Below the pieces are notes generated by a model. That model worked only from the letters and a program-made list of their open reading frames with translations, had not been told where the DNA came from and made no database searches. Positions 18,901-28,776 of a DNA stretch of 64,000 nucleotides are shown in pieces. The first letter of the stretch is position 1, and every line of letters starts with the position of its first letter. Origin of the DNA: a virus; IMG/VR virus record IMGVR_UViG_3300047557_001530, positions 107,369-171,368 of that record, one strand, 5' to 3'. Both the position numbers and the translations under genes were made by a program.

Positions 18901-20333
18901 TAGAGACACAGAATTCAGAATCATTTGCAGAAAAATTATTAAAGATATTGGATCCTCAAGGAAGATTCCAAGAGTTACTTAAAAATATAAACAATCGTCC
19001 TACTCCAACAGTCGATGGAGATTCTTTAATGGCTGAAGGTGGTTATGCCGTAGAAGCATCGGATGTTGGGGATAAATTTGGTGATAGAGGAGGAAAGCAT
19101 AAAGGAATTGATATTGCTAGTAGCAAATTTAAAATGGGAACACCTATATCAATAATTAAACCTGGAGTTGTTGAGGATATTGGAAAACTTTCTGATGGAA
19201 CTGGAGATCCTGGTGGATGGGGGAATTTTGTTGTTGTTAAACATGATGATGGATTATATTCTTTATATGGTCATTTGAGTGAAGTTAATGCAACAAAAGG
19301 ACAAAGATTAGAACCATCTGCGAATGGAGTTTTCCCTGTTATCGGTAAAATTGGTAGCACAGGAAGATCGTCTGGTGCTCATTTGCACTTAGAAGTTGGA
19401 ACTGGTTGGACAGGAGGAACTTTAAAAGGACATATAAATCCACTTCCTATTGTAAATCAATTGATGCGTGGGGGCGGAAATATTAGAAAAGTTGATAGAC
19501 CAACTGGAACACCAGTAAAAGTTGAAGGTCTTGGCAAACAAGGTGTTATGGCTAATAAGAATTTTGGTTCTACTTCTGGCGTAGGATCAAAAGGATATTT
19601 AATTGTTCCTGGTCATGCTGCTGGAGGAGGAGCACCTGGAGAAGCAGCTTTAGTTAAACAATTAGCACAAAATGCATACAGCAACTTAAAGCAAAAATAT
19701 CCTGATGCAAACATTAAATATGTTGATGTAAATTCTATGTTTGAAGATACTGAAGCTGGTTTTAATAAACAAAAGCAATGGTATAAAAAAATGGAGCAAG
19801 AAGGATGGGAAGTATTAGAAGTTCACATGGATGCATCAATGGAATCTGGACAAGGAAGTGGACGAGGAGTTATTGTTCCTAAAGGAGAATTAAACGCAGT
19901 AGAAAAACATTTTGCAGAAAACTTTGGAGCATTTCCTAGAGGGCATAGAGATCTAGCAGCACCAAATAGAGGAGCTAGTATTTTTGAATTAGGTAATATG
20001 TCTCCAGAGTTGCAAAGATCTGTTCAATCAGGACAAGTAACAAAACAACAGTTAGATGCATTAACTTCTCCTTTTGAAAGATCTATTGCTGCTGGGTTAA
20101 ATTTACAATCAATCACTCCTCCATCTGGTCAACGACAAAGATTTGAATCGATGCAAGGTAAAGACAAAGATGCAGGCACTAAGCATTTAATCGTTAATCA
20201 AGCGACAAGACCTGCGGTTGGTGGTCAAGGATCACAAAATATTACTTTTGTCCCTATGGGTTCTGGTAGATGGAGAACAGAAAATGAATACTCGGACACT
20301 ATCAGAAGTCTTATTATGTCTAGATTACGATAA
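15915..20333 (+). CDS. Tape-measure-like virion protein with an N-terminal protein-kinase domain, an M23 peptidase and an amidase_3-like domain
   Basis: Kinase: LGQGAFGTVY, AVKV, HE, KDLHAGN, DYG. M23: HKGID, YGHL, HLHLEV. Amidase: IVPGH..E, EVHMD, FELGNM. Located after gp26/gp51. Confidence 0.8.
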   Translation: MKNSAENKFNLSKRVRLLGKIVGYNTAFNLVGSKKLGQGAFGTVYSSRGAAVKVAHAKGQKELKHEVSMLEQLKGLKIAPQLLGSGKGYAAIQQFKGNTLNDSGNLKRIKEDPVFADYIFRKIVEAMGALHRKNIAQKDLHAGNIFITDDYQVKILDYGQASKGYPITYYETFFGSNYDPKQGAIGLIHHLFLNTQSYKTYKRILINAIRIICKKKGISSKIALQNYEAIEGNEEKETEYFNVLENLARHPENDQSDVSNFYSALDTALKINTKNPLKTKRVSSKTRLLSTSSTTARKINQKYSLKGTIPQASEGGVFSGPESGYPVILHGTEAVVPLDDLNIPPARYIQGQAGVWELEFESVLDHAIYFAGKSPFPKGAKQAEILDWLQDTLGITWKDISEHRDKIMDTIRQLTPDAWEGGNYPYLHIPRVDPDFEIETYADADEEEPDDLDDLLNEIRDEDEDEDEAEGLDELLDLIRDTSVSDTEEKETEKKIEQANDIAEDIQIDPDVLSDLPPSLQASLVKVINRKTGATINAGDKKETTSAITNTKIYRFLTNNLLKIEGQLDSINASIKEQNILLQTNLDLNLKTLQSVEEQDALLERKLDTILDLYTNQTSLIKKYEEDLKRQATEARLEQQRDSAFTTGFTDVGGHTLDSNSLLGRLVKFFGKKIAVKLWKFLPLAIRSRAKLLGKALRPGKLLGKVAQRIAAKKAADKATQKATQKFVAKGFEHIALPALKSADNVAAKGVQKSGGNLLQRALSSSVVQKALVKKLGKEGAEKLTVKLAAKLIPGVATAYGLGEGLARIMMGDVKGGFLSFGSAIPVAGYGFAAVDVLRDIDVAAYTKHIEGPAMSGKLGDEQFAAFIAEALGVTENQYETGTLSAKPGVAMLHGTELIVDKNQSEQMNPMAIVGGSLLAATTNYINSMGPLAASIAPTFKQVAAPIAEEYGIPKTFTQTKVGGALPNLSQELKRIKDKRKQTPEEELEGIEKDLLETQNSESFAEKLLKILDPQGRFQELLKNINNRPTPTVDGDSLMAEGGYAVEASDVGDKFGDRGGKHKGIDIASSKFKMGTPISIIKPGVVEDIGKLSDGTGDPGGWGNFVVVKHDDGLYSLYGHLSEVNATKGQRLEPSANGVFPVIGKIGSTGRSSGAHLHLEVGTGWTGGTLKGHINPLPIVNQLMRGGGNIRKVDRPTGTPVKVEGLGKQGVMANKNFGSTSGVGSKGYLIVPGHAAGGGAPGEAALVKQLAQNAYSNLKQKYPDANIKYVDVNSMFEDTEAGFNKQKQWYKKMEQEGWEVLEVHMDASMESGQGSGRGVIVPKGELNAVEKHFAENFGAFPRGHRDLAAPNRGASIFELGNMSPELQRSVQSGQVTKQQLDALTSPFERSIAAGLNLQSITPPSGQRQRFESMQGKDKDAGTKHLIVNQATRPAVGGQGSQNITFVPMGSGRWRTENEYSDTIRSLIMSRLR

Positions 20334-20355
20334 ATATTTCGTCAGGGTATTATAA

Positions 20356-22914
20356 ATGGCAGCTTTTACAGAAGGGTTTTCATATCATGGAAATAATATT
20401 GATGTAGTATCTAAAGTTATGGCCGCTCGTTCGATGGCGAAGGCTGAACGAGAGTATGCTGAAAAAACTTTAGCTGCCCAACAAAAAAATGTCCCCGATG
20501 ATGATAAATTAAAGCTTGAAGATTTTGGTATTAAGAAAGGATACTTCTTTCGCAAAGCATTAAAGCATGAATTTGGTGGCGATTATTATTTAAGAAAAAA
20601 AGAAAAAATTTCTGACATTGTTTCTAGGGTTAAGTTACTAAAAAATCCTAGAAAGAATTTTTTTGAACTATTTGAAAAAAGAAAACCAACTACTAAATTT
20701 TCTAGATTTAGAAGTCAATTTGATTATAATTTTGAAACTTCTGATCCAGCAGTGCAAGCAAAGTCTCCAAAAATACCAGGAACAGCTAAGAAAATACAAA
20801 AAGCTACTGCTGGAAGTGGTAAACGAATTAGTAGAGAACAATTACTTGATTCTATTTCTGGAGTAGTTAAATCAATTGAATCAGTAGCAGACTCTATTCA
20901 ATCATCTTCTTCTGAAGTTAAACGAAATATTATATCATCTAATATAGCTCAAACTAATATTGCAGAACAATTAAAATCTAGAAATGATACTTTGTCTGAT
21001 AAATTAGACAAAATTGCTGCTGCTATATCTCAACAAACACAACTTCAAAAACAAACTGTAGATAAAAGAGAAGATCAACAAAGAGAAACTCGATTAGAAT
21101 CTCAAAAAGATGTTGCAAGAACTATTACTCCAGATGATTTGACAACACCTGAAGATGAAAGTCTTCAAGATACAAATGTAGATAATGATATTACACCAAC
21201 TACATCGATTACTAACATACAAAATTTAGTTCCTGATGCATATTCTCAAAGAAATGCTTGGCGTGAAGAAATGATGTCGAGAGCAAACATGCCACAACTA
21301 GAAAGAGGTGGCATAGTTTCTGGTCCTGATAGTGGTTATCTTGCCAAACTTCACGGCGATGAAATGATTGTTCCTTTGGATAATAATTATACTCAAGGGC
21401 AACCTAGTGCTGTTGATGGTAAGACAAGAAAAAAACCACAGATGTTTGAGAAAGGAACATCTGGAGTTGGTGGTAGATTTGGTTTTGGTACAACAAGAAA
21501 TTTAGGAATTGGTAATACATTTGCTTCTAGCATAACAAATATGTCACAACCATTAGTGGATGCGATGTCTTTACCAATGATGGTTGCTGGTGGTAGTGTT
21601 GTTGCAGCAACAACAAATCTTATGAAAAATTTAGGTGGTTCTGGAGAAGAATTGAGACCAGAAATTGAAAAGTTTTCTCGTCCAATATCAGATGCCTTTG
21701 GTGTTCCTCCAACAGTTATGAATAAAGCAAAAGCAGGAACAGTTAAAGGAAAGAAAGAAGAAGATAAAGCTGAAGAAGTATCTGGAGAATCTAAAAAAAA
21801 TATTATTGCCAAAATGATGGATGGATTTGGAAAACTTCTTGAGAAAATGAGTAATAGTATTAATGAAACTCCGCCACAAAATCCACCTGGAGGAGGTGAT
21901 CTATCGCCAGTAAATTTACAAGGATTTAGTCAGCAAGAAATTTCTGATCTTGGTAAAATGGTATATGCAGAAGCGGGTGCAGATCCAGCTGGATCATCTC
22001 ATGTTTTAAATGCAATTCTTAATCGTTACAGACAAGTAAAACAAGGAAAGGCAACTCCTCAAGCATGGGGAGTTAAAGAAGGAGTAACGGCACAAAATAT
22101 GACAATTACTGATTTATTAATGGCGGAAAATCAATTTCAGCCAGTACGTGATGGTAGATTTGCTAAAGTTTCTGCCGAACAAGGAACTCAAGCCTTGAAT
22201 GCAGCTATTGGTGCAGGCGGATTAGATCCAAAACAAATATATGAAAAAGCAAAGGCTGCTGGCTTATCTGATGCAGAAGCTAAAATGTTAGCAACATCAG
22301 ATACTTTTTATAATCCTACTGTAAGTTCAAATAAACCTTTTAATGCTCCTGTTGTCAATACTGCCAACAAACATGCATTTATGGCGTCACCAAATACTGG
22401 ATTTTCTCCCGCAGATTTAAATGCATTAACTGCTGTACAAAGAACACAACCACCAACAACGCAGCCATCAACATCACTTGGTCAACAGATCACTGAAAAT
22501 TATGGTATGAATATTCATGATAAATTTTATTTCAAACTTGGTGGCGTTGAATATCATGCTTATAAGACTGCAAAAGGATTTGATTTCTATAAAGGAGGAA
22601 CAAAAATAACTGATCCAGAAGAAGAGAGAAAAGTTATTCAAGGTTTTGTGAATTTAAAATCTCAAGCAATACAACGATCTGAAAATGCAACATCTTTGGC
22701 ACCGCCATCAACAAGACAAGCAAAAATAGATCAAGCTCAGCAATTAAATAGAAGTACAGATTCAAGTGGTGCTTCAACCATTGCATATTTAAATCTACCT
22801 TCTGCTCAATCAAAACCATCGTTGAATACACCTCCACCAACTTCTAATACCACAACTATTGGTAGAGGTTACGATCCATTAAATCAATCTGGTCTTTATA
22901 TCCCAACAGCATAA
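20356..22914 (+). CDS. Second tape-measure-like virion protein with a SleB/Hydrolase_2-like domain
   Basis: Shares GG.VSGP.SGY...LHG.E.(I/V)VPL with the upstream gene; MVYAEAG...ILNR...NQFQP. Confidence 0.7.
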   Translation: MAAFTEGFSYHGNNIDVVSKVMAARSMAKAEREYAEKTLAAQQKNVPDDDKLKLEDFGIKKGYFFRKALKHEFGGDYYLRKKEKISDIVSRVKLLKNPRKNFFELFEKRKPTTKFSRFRSQFDYNFETSDPAVQAKSPKIPGTAKKIQKATAGSGKRISREQLLDSISGVVKSIESVADSIQSSSSEVKRNIISSNIAQTNIAEQLKSRNDTLSDKLDKIAAAISQQTQLQKQTVDKREDQQRETRLESQKDVARTITPDDLTTPEDESLQDTNVDNDITPTTSITNIQNLVPDAYSQRNAWREEMMSRANMPQLERGGIVSGPDSGYLAKLHGDEMIVPLDNNYTQGQPSAVDGKTRKKPQMFEKGTSGVGGRFGFGTTRNLGIGNTFASSITNMSQPLVDAMSLPMMVAGGSVVAATTNLMKNLGGSGEELRPEIEKFSRPISDAFGVPPTVMNKAKAGTVKGKKEEDKAEEVSGESKKNIIAKMMDGFGKLLEKMSNSINETPPQNPPGGGDLSPVNLQGFSQQEISDLGKMVYAEAGADPAGSSHVLNAILNRYRQVKQGKATPQAWGVKEGVTAQNMTITDLLMAENQFQPVRDGRFAKVSAEQGTQALNAAIGAGGLDPKQIYEKAKAAGLSDAEAKMLATSDTFYNPTVSSNKPFNAPVVNTANKHAFMASPNTGFSPADLNALTAVQRTQPPTTQPSTSLGQQITENYGMNIHDKFYFKLGGVEYHAYKTAKGFDFYKGGTKITDPEEERKVIQGFVNLKSQAIQRSENATSLAPPSTRQAKIDQAQQLNRSTDSSGASTIAYLNLPSAQSKPSLNTPPPTSNTTTIGRGYDPLNQSGLYIPTA

Positions 22915-22918
22915 AATT

Positions 22919-24349
22919 ATGACACAACAGTTACCATACGCATCTAGTTTTATTCTAAAAGCTGCTACCATTTATCAGGTAGGAACGGATAAGGCCATTG
23001 ACATTACCAATATGGTAATACGTTTTGATTATTTTGAAAACATTAATTACCCAACCATCTCAGGAACTCTTGGTCTTGTAGATAACGGATCAAACTTAAT
23101 TGCATCTTTACCTATACAAGGGTTTGAAAAAATTAAATTAGAATTAAAGACTGGAGAAGACAAAGAATATACCTATGAGTTTAGAGTTTATAAAGTTCAA
23201 AATCGTTTTGCTGGGGATAGATTTCAAACATATACTTTGGGGTTGATATCTCTAGAGGCTATGTTAAATGAGGGAGTGCGAGTTGCAAAAACTTTAAAAG
23301 GAAAACCAGATAAAATAGTCAAAGAATTATTAGAAACAAATTTAAAAACTTCTAAGCCTGTAAATGTTGATCCATGTTTGTATAATATTATATTCAATCC
23401 AGGAAAAAAATCTCCATTTTCTATTATTGAATCAATTAAAATGAAATCTGTACCCCAGGGATCTTCAACAAAATCATCTGGCAAATCATCATTACCTGGG
23501 AAAACGGGTGGTTCAGAAACAAGTGTCGTCTCTTCAACTTCAGCAACAAATAAAGGAGATTACTCAAAGGTTTCTGGGACTGCTGGATATTTTTTCTTTG
23601 AAAACAAAGATGGTTTTTATTTTAAATCTATTGATTCATTATGTTCTATTGATAAATTTAATGGCTCTAAACCAGTAGCAAAATACACACAAGAAAATGT
23701 TGATGTTGGTGGACCTCCTAACAGAAAAATTATTGACATTGATTTCGTAGAAGAGATTGATATGATGAGTAAGTTAAGAATGGGAGCCTTCTCTTCTCTT
23801 GTTTGTTATTATAATTTTAGCACTGGGTCTTATGAAGAATATGTTTATTCTTTATCAGATTCCTATCAAAACATGGGACACATGGGAACACAGCAAGGAT
23901 TGCCTTATGGTCAAGCAGAGTTATCAAAGTATCCTACTCGCATCATGAGTGTTTTATTAGATCACGAGACATGGTTTAGTGGAGAAGGTATAGCATCCCC
24001 TGAAGAAAAAGATGGTGCTGGTGGCAGCACTACAAATTTCCCAGACTTTCAAAAAAGTTACATCTCCCAATCTATTTCTCGTTTAAATACATTACAAAAT
24101 CAAAAAGTAAAAATTACTGTTACAGGTAATCCAGATTTAAAAGTTGGAGACAAGATTGAAATTGAAATACCAAATCAAATACCTACCGCACAAAGAAGAG
24201 AACAGAAATATGATGAGGAACATAGCGGAGTGTATTTAATCTCAGAAATTAACCATGGTTTTGATATTAAAAAAAGACAAATGAATACATTCATCACGTT
24301 AATTCGTGATTCATATGGCAAGAGAGACACCGCTTCTAAAGTAAAATAA
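22919..24349 (+). CDS. Baseplate hub protein (gp27/gpD-like)
   Basis: YFENI..PTISG, YFFFENKDGFYFKSID, GNPDLKVGD, SGVYLI..I.H, LIRDS. Confidence 0.75.
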   Translation: MTQQLPYASSFILKAATIYQVGTDKAIDITNMVIRFDYFENINYPTISGTLGLVDNGSNLIASLPIQGFEKIKLELKTGEDKEYTYEFRVYKVQNRFAGDRFQTYTLGLISLEAMLNEGVRVAKTLKGKPDKIVKELLETNLKTSKPVNVDPCLYNIIFNPGKKSPFSIIESIKMKSVPQGSSTKSSGKSSLPGKTGGSETSVVSSTSATNKGDYSKVSGTAGYFFFENKDGFYFKSIDSLCSIDKFNGSKPVAKYTQENVDVGGPPNRKIIDIDFVEEIDMMSKLRMGAFSSLVCYYNFSTGSYEEYVYSLSDSYQNMGHMGTQQGLPYGQAELSKYPTRIMSVLLDHETWFSGEGIASPEEKDGAGGSTTNFPDFQKSYISQSISRLNTLQNQKVKITVTGNPDLKVGDKIEIEIPNQIPTAQRREQKYDEEHSGVYLISEINHGFDIKKRQMNTFITLIRDSYGKRDTASKVK

Positions 24350-24370
24350 ATAGTTAATAAAATTGTTGAT

Positions 24371-27259
24371 ATGGATCCAGTATTATCATCATTGTTTCCT
24401 GTTCATCAAATTGGTTCTGACGGATTCAATTGGTGGATTGGGCAGATAGAATCTAATAAAGATGATGACCCCAAAAAGTCTGGAAGATTTCGTGTGCGTA
24501 TTGTTGGACAGCATTTAAAAGAATGTGATGCTGTTCCGACAAATGAATTGCCTTGGGCAAACGTAATGATGCCCGTGACAACACCATTCACAGATGGATT
24601 AACTACTGGTGCTTCGATTGGATTAGAACAAGGTAATTGGGTTGTTGGATTTTATCTAGACAACGATAAACAAAAGCCTATTATCATGGGTTCTGTTGGA
24701 CATACGAAGGGAGCAACTATCCTTAAAAATGTTGATCCAAATCCAGGTAGTAAGTGTAAATCTTTTACAACATATATTTCAAACCAAGCTAATCCTAAAA
24801 CAGATTGGCCTTCAGTAAGTCAAAAAGGAACCAATGAAGAAGGGGCAAATGTAATTGCAGCGGGAGAACCTGCTGCATCATACGGACATATTCCTGGGCA
24901 AGTTCCGCCAGTAATTGCTGCACTGCTTGGAAAAAGATCTGAAACAAATCCAACTGGTGCAAAGCACAAATATATTATTGCAGATCCTAAGTGTGGCAGT
25001 GAAGGTAATTTAAAGAGTGGTATCACTAGGATTATTGGAGACCTATTAAAAGCAAACCAGGATGCTGGTGGTAGACTGGGAGACTATCTAGTTAGTAAAG
25101 CTAACGGAAAGTTGTATGATTATGTTGGCATTGCTAGATATCATATCGGTAGAGTAGTTACTCTAGTTAATAGTTTTATTGCTAGAGTTAAAGGTGAAAT
25201 TGTACGTTTGTTGCGTGAAGGAATTCAAAAACTTATTGATGCGTTGATTTTATTTGATGATCCTACGGGAAAAATTATTGGCAATACAGGTCCATTAGCT
25301 GATCCAGAAAAAGCTTTCAAACCTATTAGAGAGAAAGGAAACAGATTAAAGAAGATCAAAGAAATTTTTGATAAAATTTTTGCTGAACTTGGATGTAGTA
25401 TCGAGGACGCAGCAGATCGAATTGCCCAGTGGTTATTTGATTTATTGTTTGGATTTTTGACAGATGTTTTCTATCAAGCATCATGTTTTGTGGAGACTCT
25501 TATTCAAGGAATTCTAAATCAAATACTTTCTGTGCTTGAAGGATTAATTAGCACAGTTTTAGGTCCTGTTCAACAACTACTATCTGTTTTAGCTAATCCA
25601 TTAAACATTATTGGAAGTGCTATAAACAAAGTTCTATCTCTTCTTGGCATCTCTTGCTCTGGTCCTGGTGCAAAGTGCGAAAAGATTCAGGAAGTATCTG
25701 TAACTTGTGAAGAAGATGATACTGATGACAAAGATTTTCTTGACAAACTAATTGCTGATATCGAGAATGGTCCACTTGATTTTAATCAAGGAGTCTGTGA
25801 TGAAGCAAAAGGATTGCCGCCAGAAGAACCTACTGTGGTTGCTTTTGTTGGTGGAGTCTTCTCCAATCCTCCTACCACTACCACCTCTACGCCTCCTGGA
25901 GGCCCCGACACTCCATCTTCATTCTTCCCTGAGGCATATGATCCAGACGACGTTGTGGAGGCAGCAGAGCCTCCTGGAGATCTCCCAGAGGTAGTTCCTA
26001 ATGTTCCAGAACAAGAATTTGAACCTCCTCTTCCAGAAAATATAGAGGATCCTTACTACGAAGTAGAAACAGATAAAAATGTTTATGTTGAAGGAGAAAC
26101 AATTACTTATACAATTACAACTATTAACGTTCCTAATGGTACTAATCTGTCGTACACTTTATCTGGACCAACCATAACTGAAACTGATATTGTTGAAGGA
26201 TTGGAAGGAACTTTTACTATTCAAAACAATACTGCGGTAGTTCAAATTAATATTGCTTCTGATAATGTAGTTGAAAATATTCCAGAAATTTTAGTCTTTG
26301 AAATTAATAATACTACTGCCAACGCTACTGTTATCATTGATTCTAATTATGTTTTAGTTCCTGGAATTAATGACGATGTAACATTAGTTCCAACATACAA
26401 TGTTGTGTCTGATAAAATTCAATACACAGAAGGAGAAGACATTTATTATACCATTACTACAGAAAATGTAGATGATAATACTGTTTTATCTTATACATTA
26501 TTTGGAAATGCTATTACCCCAGATGATGTTGTTGGGGAAAATTTATCAGGATCTTTTATTATTACAAACAATACTGCTAAAGTTGTAGTTGGATTACAAG
26601 AAGATATTGAACTAGAATCTAATGAAATTCTTACCTTTGTTATAAATGGTACAGGTGTTTTCACTGACGTTACAATTATTGGTGAAGAAATTACAGAGGA
26701 AGAAATAACAGATGAGCCAAAGATTAATAAACCTATAGCTGGTACTCCTATTACAGATTCTAATGGTTCTATTATCAGCATACCAATTATTAACAAAGGA
26801 GATCCATATCAAAAAGAACCAAAAGTAATTATCGGTGGTAAAGGTTATGGTGCTACTGCTATAGCACTATTAGATAATGAAGGATTTGTTTCTGAAATTA
26901 GAGTGACACGCACAGGTGTAAATTATAAAACAAATACCACCGAAGATGCTGGTCTTGTATGTGTAGTTGATTCATATACATTAATTGCACCTGGAGTTGG
27001 TTATACATCGCCACCAAAAGTTTATGTTGATGGTGATGAAACACTAGCAGAAGCATTAATTAATGATGATGGTTATGTATTTGGTGTTAGAGTATTAGAT
27101 AGAAGTAAAACCTATTCCAAATTGCCAAAAGTAGAAATTGTTGGTGGTGATGGAGCAGGAGCTAAAGTTATTGCTAATATAACTTGTCTAGATAAAGAAG
27201 ATCTTGAGCGTAGAGGATACACTAAGATCGGAACTGGTAAATATATTGATTGTCCATAA
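24371..27259 (+). CDS. gp5: gp5-like hub protein (N-terminal OB fold, no lysozyme domain seen)
   Basis: WWIGQIE, GRFRVRIVGQH, LPWA, WVVGFYLD...QKPIIMGS. Confidence 0.8.
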   Translation: MDPVLSSLFPVHQIGSDGFNWWIGQIESNKDDDPKKSGRFRVRIVGQHLKECDAVPTNELPWANVMMPVTTPFTDGLTTGASIGLEQGNWVVGFYLDNDKQKPIIMGSVGHTKGATILKNVDPNPGSKCKSFTTYISNQANPKTDWPSVSQKGTNEEGANVIAAGEPAASYGHIPGQVPPVIAALLGKRSETNPTGAKHKYIIADPKCGSEGNLKSGITRIIGDLLKANQDAGGRLGDYLVSKANGKLYDYVGIARYHIGRVVTLVNSFIARVKGEIVRLLREGIQKLIDALILFDDPTGKIIGNTGPLADPEKAFKPIREKGNRLKKIKEIFDKIFAELGCSIEDAADRIAQWLFDLLFGFLTDVFYQASCFVETLIQGILNQILSVLEGLISTVLGPVQQLLSVLANPLNIIGSAINKVLSLLGISCSGPGAKCEKIQEVSVTCEEDDTDDKDFLDKLIADIENGPLDFNQGVCDEAKGLPPEEPTVVAFVGGVFSNPPTTTTSTPPGGPDTPSSFFPEAYDPDDVVEAAEPPGDLPEVVPNVPEQEFEPPLPENIEDPYYEVETDKNVYVEGETITYTITTINVPNGTNLSYTLSGPTITETDIVEGLEGTFTIQNNTAVVQINIASDNVVENIPEILVFEINNTTANATVIIDSNYVLVPGINDDVTLVPTYNVVSDKIQYTEGEDIYYTITTENVDDNTVLSYTLFGNAITPDDVVGENLSGSFIITNNTAKVVVGLQEDIELESNEILTFVINGTGVFTDVTIIGEEITEEEITDEPKINKPIAGTPITDSNGSIISIPIINKGDPYQKEPKVIIGGKGYGATAIALLDNEGFVSEIRVTRTGVNYKTNTTEDAGLVCVVDSYTLIAPGVGYTSPPKVYVDGDETLAEALINDDGYVFGVRVLDRSKTYSKLPKVEIVGGDGAGAKVIANITCLDKEDLERRGYTKIGTGKYIDCP

Positions 27260-28344
27260 TGGCACCGAGAACTCCCTTACAAAAAACTTCTGCAGTACAA
27301 CAAAAACTGCAGCAAAAAGGACCAGCAAGACCTGCTGGTGCTGATGCATTAGAACCAGGACAAATAGCAACAGATGCATGTTATGTCATAGCACAGAAAC
27401 ATGGATGGACTTTAGCAACATATAAAAATGAAGATGGTTCTTCTGGTGCAGTAATGACTAACGGAGAAGCAGCGATTCATTTTGATGCTAACAACCGTAT
27501 TATTATTGCTACAGGAGATCCTTCTCAAGGTGGTTGTGGAGGACAAGTTGTTATCAATGCTTCTGAAAGATTAGAGACAAGTAAAACTCAAACCATTCAC
27601 ATCACTGGCACTCCAAATGAAGAGCGTGTTAAAGGTAGCGATGGTAAAGAAGAGGTTAAGAAGAGACCTGCATATTCTTTGATGGTTGAAGGAGACATTG
27701 CAATTGAAGCTGCTGGAGAAGTAAGCATTGGTGGTAGTAATGTAACAGTTGTATCTAAAAATGTTTTAACATTAAAAGGAACTGAGATTAATTTAGAAGC
27801 AGGTAATGGTGGAGGAAAAGTTAATATTCATGCTGCAGACATCAGTAAAAATATTGCTTTTGAAAAAAATGTTAACACTGGTGGGTCTCACTCAGAAGTT
27901 AAGGGAGAATTTACAGTAAACCAAAAGTCTAATCCTGGTGCAGTAACAGCGTTTAACACTTTGGGTTCTTATAATGTATTGATAAGGGGAGATTATAATA
28001 TTAGTACGTTGGGACAATATCAGGTAAACGCACTAGGCAATATTTTAATGTCGTCTACTAAAGGTGGCTTCGCTACTATAGGATCTGGTAAATATTTTTC
28101 GTGGGTTGGTGGCATTAAAGATGAAAATATTTTAGGAAAAAGTATTTCTACTTCTACCACACCACCAATAACAACTTATTCATTAAAACTAGGACCCAAC
28201 AAAATAGGACTGCAAATTAATTCTACTGGATCAATTAATATGCAAGCCATTGGATCAGATGCTACAATTACTGCACCTACAGGAATTAATCTTTTTGCTG
28301 GTAAGAAATTAACCGCAGTTGCTGCTGCTATTTTCTTAAATTGA
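27250..28344 (+). CDS. Beta-helix spike protein (gp5 C-terminus-like)
   Basis: Gly-rich short beta repeats ending IFLN; directly after the gp5 N-terminal gene. Confidence 0.6.
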   Translation: MSIMAPRTPLQKTSAVQQKLQQKGPARPAGADALEPGQIATDACYVIAQKHGWTLATYKNEDGSSGAVMTNGEAAIHFDANNRIIIATGDPSQGGCGGQVVINASERLETSKTQTIHITGTPNEERVKGSDGKEEVKKRPAYSLMVEGDIAIEAAGEVSIGGSNVTVVSKNVLTLKGTEINLEAGNGGGKVNIHAADISKNIAFEKNVNTGGSHSEVKGEFTVNQKSNPGAVTAFNTLGSYNVLIRGDYNISTLGQYQVNALGNILMSSTKGGFATIGSGKYFSWVGGIKDENILGKSISTSTTPPITTYSLKLGPNKIGLQINSTGSINMQAIGSDATITAPTGINLFAGKKLTAVAAAIFLN

Positions 28345-28411
28345 AATTGAAAATTCAATTACATGAAATCGGGAAAAAATTTCCCAGGTAAAAATCATTA
28401 AAAAAGTTGAG
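28343..28411. repeat. 69-bp A-tract element, copy 1
   Basis: About 54/69 identical to 30802-30870 by manual alignment. Confidence 0.7.
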
Positions 28412-28439
28412 TATAATTATCCTGAACCCTGACAGAGCG

Positions 28440-28507
28440 ATCCTACTCAGGTTCTGAGATTTTGTCAAGGGGGTTGACAGACCGACCATGGGGTGCTACC
28501 ATAAATA
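28440..28507. promoter_or_regulatory. Back-to-back sigma70 promoters plus a late promoter
   Basis: TGTCAA-GGGGG-TTGACA. On +: TTGACA(28474)-17-TACCAT and CATAAATA. On -: TTGACA-17-TAGGAT. Confidence 0.65.
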
Positions 28508-28528
28508 CATACACGGGTCGAGGAAACC

Positions 28529-28660
28529 ATGAAAGTTCCAAATTGGCAACACCACAGCAAGAAAGAACAGAAAAGGCACCTCAAGCCCCAGGCAATGAGA
28601 GATGCCAGAAAGCGTAGACAAGCGTTGAAGAATCGATTGACGGCAACTGGCCGAATATGA
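28529..28660 (+). CDS. Basic 43-aa peptide (not in the ORF track)
   Basis: GAGG RBS; MKVPNWQHHSKKEQKRHLKPQAMRDARKRRQALK. Confidence 0.7.
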   Translation: MKVPNWQHHSKKEQKRHLKPQAMRDARKRRQALKNRLTATGRI

Positions 28661-28688
28661 AGCGTTTATAGTCTCTTAATCGCTTCAT

Positions 28689-28760
28689 GGGGGTATAGCT
28701 TAATGGTTAGAGCGGCCTGCTTATAACGGGTTAGTCTGGGTTCAACTCCCAGTATCCCTA
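28689..28760 (+). tRNA. tRNA-Ile(TAT)
   Basis: Cloverleaf; GCCTG-CTTATAA-CGGGT; T arm CTGGG-TTCAACT-CCCAG. Confidence 0.85.
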
Positions 28761-28776
28761 TTGTTTGATAATTTTT

